From: an uncultured Bacilli bacterium
Lineage (GTDB): Bacteria; Bacillota_I; Bacilli_A; RFN20; CAG-826
Direction: 5' to 3'
Assembly: GCA_944358865.1 (NCBI GenBank)
Contig: CALVRV010000003.1
Coordinates: 18,843-82,842, forward strand
Length of the DNA: 64,000 bases
Shown here: positions 22,373-28,741 of the stretch, piece after piece
Position numbering within the stretch: position 1 is the stretch's first letter
How the letters are laid out: each line of letters starts with the position of its first letter
Position numbers and translations under genes: made by a program
The notes under the pieces: model-generated
Told to the model about the DNA's origin: nothing
Database searches by the model: none
What the model saw: only the letters and a program-made list of their open reading frames with translations

Positions 22373-23734
22373 ATGCCTATAAAATCATTTTTAGTTAATG
22401 AAAAAAACATATTTATCAACAATTTTAATGGTATGTTTTCTTACGATTTATATTTTTTAAAAGAATACGAAGGATATCAAATTCTAGCACCTAATACGTA
22501 TAGTAGAACTTTATATAAATGCATTAATATTTGTATACAAATATCTAATAATTGCAATATGAATTGTTTATATTGCTTTGCAAGTAAAAATAACGATGCT
22601 ATTTTAAGCAATCGTGAGATTAAAAAATACTTAGATTATATGTTTGATTATTTTGTGGAGGCTGATAAATTTTTTATAGATTTGAGCGGAAGTGGTGAAC
22701 CATTACTTAATATGAACACTATAAAATTTATCTCAAATTATGCCAAAAATAAAAGTAATGAAATAAAAAAAGAAATAATTGTTAATTTTGTTTCTAATGG
22801 TCTTTTATTAAACAAGAGGTATGTAGATTTTTTGCAATCTAATTCTATTTTATTTGGTGTTAGTATAGATGGAAACAAATTAAATCACGATTATTTTCGA
22901 AAAAGCAAAAATATAAATACGTTTGATTTAATTATAAAAAATATTGAAAATATAGAGAATCGAGAGTATATAGGATGCGCTGTTACTATAACTAATAGAG
23001 TATTTGATCTTGTTGAATCTCTAATTTTTTTAAAAATGTATTTTAAAACAATAAGTTATAAACCTGTACGATCCAAACAATATGGACTCGATGATATTTC
23101 TCTCAAACAATGGCAAAACGAATATTCTAAATTATGTATATTTTTAAAAAAAGAATTATCTAATAATGATACTAGTTCCATTAAGTGTATTTTAAATGGG
23201 GATGATTTCTTTGGTAAATTCCTGCTCAGATGTATTTTAAAGCTCAAAGCATTAAATAGATGTGATGCCGGTATGGGAAGGTTTTCTTTGAGCAATGATA
23301 AAAACATATATGGTTGCCCTGCATTGAGTTCTAATATAGAAGCTAAGATAGGCAATTTAGATAATGGATTAGACTCGAGTATTTTAAAAGAGATATTTAG
23401 TAATTCAATTAAAAAGTCAAATAAATGCTTAGATTGTTATTTTAAGTTTCAATGTGGTGGAGAATGTTTGATCGAACTTCAAGAAAACGACAATCAGCCA
23501 AATGAAATAATGTGCCAATTTAAACAAATGCTAATATTATTGGCTATGGATTTATCGCTATACTTAGAAAACCTTTATGATAAAAAAATTTATGAAGAAA
23601 TTTATATATTTTGTATTGAAAAAAGAAATAGATACAAGAAAAACAAAGACCTATATTTATATTTACAGAAAAACCCAAAACTATCTTTTATTGATGGCAA
23701 AGCAGAATTTGATAAGGAAAATAAAAAATATTGA
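22373..23734 (+). CDS. radical SAM enzyme with a C-terminal SPASM domain (peptide/protein-modifying maturase type)
   Basis: CNMNCLYC (CxxxCxxC, 22553-22576) and the SAM-binding-like SGSGEPLL. SPASM cysteines: CDAG...IYGC, then CLDCYFKFQCGGEC (Cx2Cx5Cx3C, 23426-23466), then a trailing EIMC. Confidence 0.8.
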   Translation: MPIKSFLVNEKNIFINNFNGMFSYDLYFLKEYEGYQILAPNTYSRTLYKCINICIQISNNCNMNCLYCFASKNNDAILSNREIKKYLDYMFDYFVEADKFFIDLSGSGEPLLNMNTIKFISNYAKNKSNEIKKEIIVNFVSNGLLLNKRYVDFLQSNSILFGVSIDGNKLNHDYFRKSKNINTFDLIIKNIENIENREYIGCAVTITNRVFDLVESLIFLKMYFKTISYKPVRSKQYGLDDISLKQWQNEYSKLCIFLKKELSNNDTSSIKCILNGDDFFGKFLLRCILKLKALNRCDAGMGRFSLSNDKNIYGCPALSSNIEAKIGNLDNGLDSSILKEIFSNSIKKSNKCLDCYFKFQCGGECLIELQENDNQPNEIMCQFKQMLILLAMDLSLYLENLYDKKIYEEIYIFCIEKRNRYKKNKDLYLYLQKNPKLSFIDGKAEFDKENKKY

Positions 23735-23805
23735 TTTGAATGTTATTGACTTCTTTGAAACTGTGTGCTTAAATTAAAATATAATCTACAAACAGAGAGG
23801 TTTAT

Positions 23806-25134
23806 ATGAAAATATTAAAACAAGTTTCAAAATTAAGTATTTTATGTTCACTGCCAATTTTTATTGTACAAAATAATGTATATTCAAAAAGTAGAGTTTT
23901 GCAAAATAAATTAAATTCTGTTAAACCAGCATTGTCTATTTATGATCAATTGGGAAAATTGAACGAAACCAATTTACAGTTGTCATTAAATGCAATTAAT
24001 GATATTGTCAAAAACAAAATTACAAAATACACAACATATAAGCAATATTATCCTGTTAAGAACTCTATATTAAAAGATTTTGACGGAAACGTTTTTGTTT
24101 TAGTAGAGTTTTACCCAACCGGATATGGCATTTATAATGTTTCTAATGGTGATATTGTAGAATTATCAAGTTCTGCAAATAGCCCGTATTATTCGTTAAA
24201 TAACCACAATAATTTATATTATGTTCCTATGGCCGGGTACTATAAAAAAGTTAACAATTCTTATGTAGATATTTTAACTAATCAATCTATTAGTTCGTTA
24301 TTTGTTGACGAACTAAAATCTTTATCGAACAATTTGCAAATGAATGCAATAAAATATATTAATTCCAGTAATGTGAAGATGGTTCTGGAAGGATTATCGA
24401 CTAATTCAATCAATACATATGTCACAAATTCTGCAAATTTGGATGTTGACATTAATGATTTATATCAAAGCGCTGATGTTGAAGTACCTTATTCTTGGTA
24501 TTTTAAACTAAATCACTCATCTTATCCGGAAAACATCACTGGAACTTGTGGATATACTGCATTATCTCTAATTTTAGGTTATACAGAAATTTTTCTAAGT
24601 AAAGGCTATTTTAGCACAGAAGAAGTTTCTAATTATATTATTCCCTATGAAGGAAATTATGCTACCGGCGTTCCAACAATTACCGATGGACTTTTAAATG
24701 AATTTGGCGAAAATCTTGGGGGAAGCGTACCTAGTGACTTAACTGCCGCTACGAATTTATTTATGCAGGGCAAAAATAAAGAATATGAAATATATGAACA
24801 TGTATGGAGATTTTCAAATATAACCGACCCAATTAAAGATGGAGTGCCCGCTGCTTACTTTGGAAACTATTCTGATACCATTTTAGAAACTAATGATCAT
24901 GTTACCGTAGTATATGGTTATGATAATGATGGCATGTTATTGCTTCATACTGGATGGTATGTCGAAGAAGGCGACATATTAAACAACACAAATATAAAAA
25001 TATCTAGATTAGGATTTTTTAAAGAAGGTGGAGTATTTGCATTATATAATAAAAGCGCGCATCAACATAATAACTATTTTCACATCGGGCCTATAATGAA
25101 GATGTGCGGATGTGGAGTACTTGTAGAATGTTAA
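23806..25134 (+). CDS. secreted papain-fold cysteine protease-like protein (streptopain C10 / staphopain C47-like) with an N-terminal pro/inhibitor-like region
   Basis: N-terminal signal/anchor. YSWYF..SSYPENITGTCGYTALSLILGY resembles the C10 catalytic Cys region (W.Q.PYN...TGCVATA). NDHVTVVYGYDNDGMLLLHTGWY resembles the His region (GHAFVIDG...HVNWGW). DGNVFVLVEFYPTGYGIY resembles an I69-type prodomain. The protein ends in a Cys-rich tail, MCGCGVLVEC. RBS GAGAGG. Confidence 0.5.
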   Translation: MKILKQVSKLSILCSLPIFIVQNNVYSKSRVLQNKLNSVKPALSIYDQLGKLNETNLQLSLNAINDIVKNKITKYTTYKQYYPVKNSILKDFDGNVFVLVEFYPTGYGIYNVSNGDIVELSSSANSPYYSLNNHNNLYYVPMAGYYKKVNNSYVDILTNQSISSLFVDELKSLSNNLQMNAIKYINSSNVKMVLEGLSTNSINTYVTNSANLDVDINDLYQSADVEVPYSWYFKLNHSSYPENITGTCGYTALSLILGYTEIFLSKGYFSTEEVSNYIIPYEGNYATGVPTITDGLLNEFGENLGGSVPSDLTAATNLFMQGKNKEYEIYEHVWRFSNITDPIKDGVPAAYFGNYSDTILETNDHVTVVYGYDNDGMLLLHTGWYVEEGDILNNTNIKISRLGFFKEGGVFALYNKSAHQHNNYFHIGPIMKMCGCGVLVEC

Positions 25135-25147
25135 TTTGGAGTTTCAT

Positions 25148-25393
25148 ATGAAAAACGAAAAGAAATTTAAAACACTTTTTATCATAACTCTTATATCTTT
25201 TTGTGGTTTGATGTTATGCCTTTCTTTTCTTATTACATATTTTGTCGTTAGAAGTATTAATAACAGTTGGACATGGCTACCTTGTGATGTTAGTAATTCT
25301 AAAGATAAAATTATGATTAGAAATGACACTAATAATTCTAGTTATAAATTATTACAATATCATACAGAAGAGGATAATAATTATGTCAAGTAA
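25148..25393 (+). CDS. 81-aa single-pass membrane protein, unknown function
   Basis: GGAG lies 7 nt upstream of the ATG at 25148. MKNEKKFKTLFIITLISFCGLMLCLSFLITYFVV is a TM segment, followed by a polar tail of about 45 aa (SWTWLPCDV...). Confidence 0.55.
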   Translation: MKNEKKFKTLFIITLISFCGLMLCLSFLITYFVVRSINNSWTWLPCDVSNSKDKIMIRNDTNNSSYKLLQYHTEEDNNYVK

Positions 25394-25505
25394 AACAAAG
25401 CAAATTTTATTATGGACATTATATGTAATTTTAATTTTAGGTCTTGTTGTCCTTGGCTTCTTTTTAGCAACTTTTTGTTGTTTAGGACTTGCGAATTATT
25501 GTTAG
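25383..25505 (+). CDS. 40-aa hydrophobic peptide with a Cys-rich C-terminus
   Basis: MSSKTKQILLWTLYVILILGLVVLGFFLATFCCLGLANYC. Its ATG overlaps the stop of the preceding ORF, suggesting translational coupling. The track lists a longer 60-aa version starting at 25323. Confidence 0.45.
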   Translation: MSSKTKQILLWTLYVILILGLVVLGFFLATFCCLGLANYC

Positions 25506-25514
25506 GATTAAATT

Positions 25515-25646
25515 ATGAAAAATTTAACTAAAAAAGAAAAAATATTTGTTATTACATCTATTACAATAATTACATTATTTATTATCACTTTGATAATGTC
25601 TTTAGTATTCATACTTATTGATATTTATTTAATTCTTATATTATAA
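25515..25646 (+). CDS. 43-aa hydrophobic peptide (not in the ORF track)
   Basis: My translation: MKNLTKKEKIFVITSITIITLFIITLIMSLVFILIDIYLILIL, ending in TAA at 25644-25646. AGGA lies 7 nt upstream. Confidence 0.4.
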   Translation: MKNLTKKEKIFVITSITIITLFIITLIMSLVFILIDIYLILIL

Positions 25647-25666
25647 ATATAAATTATTGATTTTAG

Positions 25667-25675
25667 TGGTATAAT
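25667..25675 (+). promoter_or_regulatory. extended -10 element (TGgTATAAT) upstream of the ZIP transporter gene
   Basis: TGGTATAAT at 25667-25675 with a weak -35. It is followed by the hairpin AGTCTTT-AAAA-AAAGACT in the short 5' UTR. Confidence 0.45.
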
Positions 25676-25707
25676 AATTAAGTCTTTAAAAAAAGACTAG
25701 ATTTATT

Positions 25708-26544
25708 ATGAGTGCAACATTATATGTCGTTATTGGATTTCTAATTATATTTCTTGGGACTACTTTAGGAAGTGCTTTAGTTTTCTTTTTTAAAACTAGT
25801 ATTTCTTCAAAATTAAACACCATATTTTTAGGTTTTGCTGCTGGTGTTATGATTGCTGCAGCAATATTTTCTTTAATTATTCCTTCTTTAGAACAAGGAA
25901 ATAGTTATTTTTCTAGTGTATTAAATTCATCTAGTGATGATCCTTTAGTTATATTTTTAGGTGTTTTACCTGCGATTGGTGGGATTGTTATTGGTGGTTT
26001 ATTTTTATTAGCCTTAGACCATATTATTCCTCATATTCATAAAAATGGAGAAGAAGAAGGAATTAAATCTAGACTTAATAAAGAAATTAAATTTTTTCTT
26101 GCTGTTACAATTCATAATATACCAGAAGGATTAACTGTTGGTTTTGCATTTGGTTCTGCTTGGGCTAGTGTTAGTAGTAATGGTAGTAGTGTATTAATCG
26201 GTCCTTTAGCGGTCGCAATTGGGATGGCTATTCAAAATTTCCCTGAAGGTGCGACTGTAGCGTTACCATTTGCTAATGCTTTAAATAGCAAAACAAAGGG
26301 ATTTTTATTAGGAAGTGCCTCTGGTATTGTTGAACCTATTGCAGCGATTATTGGATTTTTCTTATCCTTTGCTTTAATTGGTGCACAGCCATGGTTTTTA
26401 GCATTTGGTGCAGGCGCGATGATGTATGTTGTTATAGAAGATTTAATTCCTGATGCAATGGCAAATAATAAGCCCCATTTGGCTACGTGGTCTGCAATAA
26501 TAGGATTTATTATTATGATGGCCTTAGATGTATGTTTAGGATAA
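25708..26544 (+). CDS. ZIP-family divalent metal (zinc) transporter
   Basis: Polytopic membrane protein with HNIPEGLTVGFAFG and QNFPEGATVALP, which are ZupT/ZIP signature helices. Confidence 0.75.
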   Translation: MSATLYVVIGFLIIFLGTTLGSALVFFFKTSISSKLNTIFLGFAAGVMIAAAIFSLIIPSLEQGNSYFSSVLNSSSDDPLVIFLGVLPAIGGIVIGGLFLLALDHIIPHIHKNGEEEGIKSRLNKEIKFFLAVTIHNIPEGLTVGFAFGSAWASVSSNGSSVLIGPLAVAIGMAIQNFPEGATVALPFANALNSKTKGFLLGSASGIVEPIAAIIGFFLSFALIGAQPWFLAFGAGAMMYVVIEDLIPDAMANNKPHLATWSAIIGFIIMMALDVCLG

Positions 26545-26547
26545 TAT

Positions 26548-27645
26548 ATGGAAAATATTGATACAAATGAACAATTATATTTAGATATTAATCCTATTAG
26601 TAAAGGGCGTAGGATGCTTGTTTTTCTCGGTGATTTTTTTATTAATTTTATTTTGTCGATGTTTATATTTAATATTATTGTCTTACCGATTGGCCAAGTC
26701 TCAAGCCAATATGAAGAAAAAATGGAACAAATTAATATTGCTCAAGAAAAACGCGATGATATTTTATATGATAATGATTTGTTGTTTTATGAAACTGAAA
26801 GTGAAAAGTATTCTTTTAATTTAAATTTAAATTATACTTTTGAATTATATTTAAAATATTATGTTTTTGAAGATGAAAATTTAATAAAATATGAAGTTTT
26901 TGCAACATATTTTAGTGAAATTTGCAATAATAATGAACTATATATAAATTTATATAAGGATATAAATAGTAACTATAATTTTTTTGATATTAGCGATAAT
27001 AGTGTTAAATTAAAACAACAATACAAAGACCAGCTTGCTATATATTTTGACACGAAAGATGAATTAGATGAGGCGGGGAAAAATAACTTTCAAACACTTC
27101 TAGATAATGTTTTCTTATTCCTTTATAGCGAGATGCTTCTTGATATGGAAAATAATAATACTTTAAATTACAATGCATACCAAGGAATTGTTGATGAAGT
27201 TAATCAATATTATGATATTTTATTAATTGTTTGTTGTTATGTATCTTTTATAATATCAAGTTTAATTTGTTTTATTGTCGTCCCATTAATTAGTAAAACC
27301 GGAAAAACTATTACCATGATGACAATGCATATTGAAAGAGTAGGTATGAACACATTGTTTATTTTAAAAAGAGGTGAACGAGCACTTCACAGTGTTTATC
27401 ATATTGTTTTTAATTTAGCTTTTATTATGTTTTTACCTTGCTTTGTTGTATCTTTTAATTACTTATTTTCTTTAGGCGGATTTTTTATTATTTCTTCTAT
27501 TTCTATGGTTTTGATTTTAGCGTCATTTGTATTTATTTTAGTTAATAGTTATAATCGAAGTCTAATAGACTTTATTAGCCAATCTGTGTTAATATCAAGT
27601 GATGATTTTGATAATTTAGCAAGAATGAAAGGACAATTAAAGTAG
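26548..27645 (+). CDS. RDD-like polytopic membrane protein with a large central loop
   Basis: KGRRMLVFLGDFFINFIL is an RDD-type N-terminal helix. SKTGKTITMMTMHIERVGMN is the second RDD half. They are separated by an Asn/Tyr-rich segment of about 190 aa. Confidence 0.4.
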   Translation: MENIDTNEQLYLDINPISKGRRMLVFLGDFFINFILSMFIFNIIVLPIGQVSSQYEEKMEQINIAQEKRDDILYDNDLLFYETESEKYSFNLNLNYTFELYLKYYVFEDENLIKYEVFATYFSEICNNNELYINLYKDINSNYNFFDISDNSVKLKQQYKDQLAIYFDTKDELDEAGKNNFQTLLDNVFLFLYSEMLLDMENNNTLNYNAYQGIVDEVNQYYDILLIVCCYVSFIISSLICFIVVPLISKTGKTITMMTMHIERVGMNTLFILKRGERALHSVYHIVFNLAFIMFLPCFVVSFNYLFSLGGFFIISSISMVLILASFVFILVNSYNRSLIDFISQSVLISSDDFDNLARMKGQLK

Positions 27646-28715
27646 TGATTGAAAAAGTAGAAGAAAAAACATATATTACTTACCAATATGCCAGGTTTTA
27701 TAAAAGAGTGTTGGCTAATGTAATTGATTTTCTTTTCTTTTTATTATGTTTTGGTGTCTTATTTATTTCAATACGCGCGATTGTTAATAATTCAAGTCAA
27801 GGAAGAAGTGTTAGCGAACAATTAAGAACTATTCGTCTTGACAGCGGCCTTTATGTTGAAGTAGCATCTAGAGATAATGTTTTAATGGATGTTATTGCTT
27901 ATAATAATGAATTTGATCCTGCTGCATCTCAAAAAAGAAATAATGCGATTAGGGCAATTGAAAATTTTCTTACATATTGTGATGAATTATTTAATAATCC
28001 AGAAAGTGAATATTATAATCCTAGTAATTATGATGTTGTTTATAATTCATATTTAGATTATTTTTTAAATGAAGATTTACTTTACACAAATAGTAGTAAT
28101 ATTTCTGCTCCATATTTTGATTTAAATAATGTTGATGAAAATGGTTTTGCTATTGAAAGTGAAGCAGCTTTTGAATTAGGCGCTAAATACATAGATTTTT
28201 ATGAAAACTGTTATTCTCCATATATAAATGAAGTATTACAAGGATATCTTATTACTATTATTCCTAATTATTATGATTTAACTAAATTTTCTAGTGATAT
28301 GTTATTTTATGTTGAATTACCAATAAGTTATTGTTTATCAGGAATATTAATATATTTTATACCAACCTTAATTTTTAAAAGAGGAAGAAAGACATTTGGA
28401 AAGGCCATATATAAAATTGGCTTAATAAATAAAAACATGGTTAATCCTTCTTTTAAGATTAGTTTAGCTAGATTTTGTATATTTTATTTTTTAGAACTAT
28501 TACTCGCACCTTTTACTTTTTTAATTCCATTTATTATTTCTTTTACTTTAATGGTGTTTTCTAAAAAAAGACAAGGGTTTTGCGACTATATGTTAAATCT
28601 TTGCGAAGTTGACACTACAAGTATAAAAATATTTTATGATATACGTGATGCTAAAATTAATATGATTGATAAACCAACAAAAGATATTAATTTTAAGCAA
28701 AGAGACAATTTATAA
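27645..28715 (+). CDS. RDD-family membrane protein (paralogous architecture)
   Basis: YARFYKRVLANVIDFLFFLLCFG and KRGRKTFGKAIYKIGLINKN flank a loop of about 180 aa. The GTG start overlaps the upstream TAG by 1 nt. Confidence 0.45.
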   Translation: MIEKVEEKTYITYQYARFYKRVLANVIDFLFFLLCFGVLFISIRAIVNNSSQGRSVSEQLRTIRLDSGLYVEVASRDNVLMDVIAYNNEFDPAASQKRNNAIRAIENFLTYCDELFNNPESEYYNPSNYDVVYNSYLDYFLNEDLLYTNSSNISAPYFDLNNVDENGFAIESEAAFELGAKYIDFYENCYSPYINEVLQGYLITIIPNYYDLTKFSSDMLFYVELPISYCLSGILIYFIPTLIFKRGRKTFGKAIYKIGLINKNMVNPSFKISLARFCIFYFLELLLAPFTFLIPFIISFTLMVFSKKRQGFCDYMLNLCEVDTTSIKIFYDIRDAKINMIDKPTKDINFKQRDNL

Positions 28716-28741
28716 TTTGTTAGAAAATAAGAGGATATTTT

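Noticed and set aside
22373-23734. The radical SAM/SPASM enzyme as an anaerobic sulfatase-maturating enzyme.
   Set aside because: There is no sulfatase gene nearby, and I found no C/S-x-P/A-x-R formylglycine motif in the adjacent 442-aa protein. The ~60-residue N-terminal extension is also atypical. Only a phylogeny can fully exclude this.
23577-23777. The 66-aa plus-strand ORF overlapping the 3' end of the radical SAM gene, considered as a possible precursor peptide.
   Set aside because: It lies in an alternate frame of the rSAM coding region for most of its length, has no RBS, and its Lys/Ile/Tyr-rich low-complexity sequence is typical of out-of-frame AT-rich DNA.
25323-25382. The 60-aa version of the small ORF starting at 25323.
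   Set aside because: Its first 20 codons overlap the preceding 81-aa ORF in another frame and have no RBS. The internal ATG at 25383, which overlaps the upstream stop, gives a coherent Lys-rich N-terminus plus a TM peptide.
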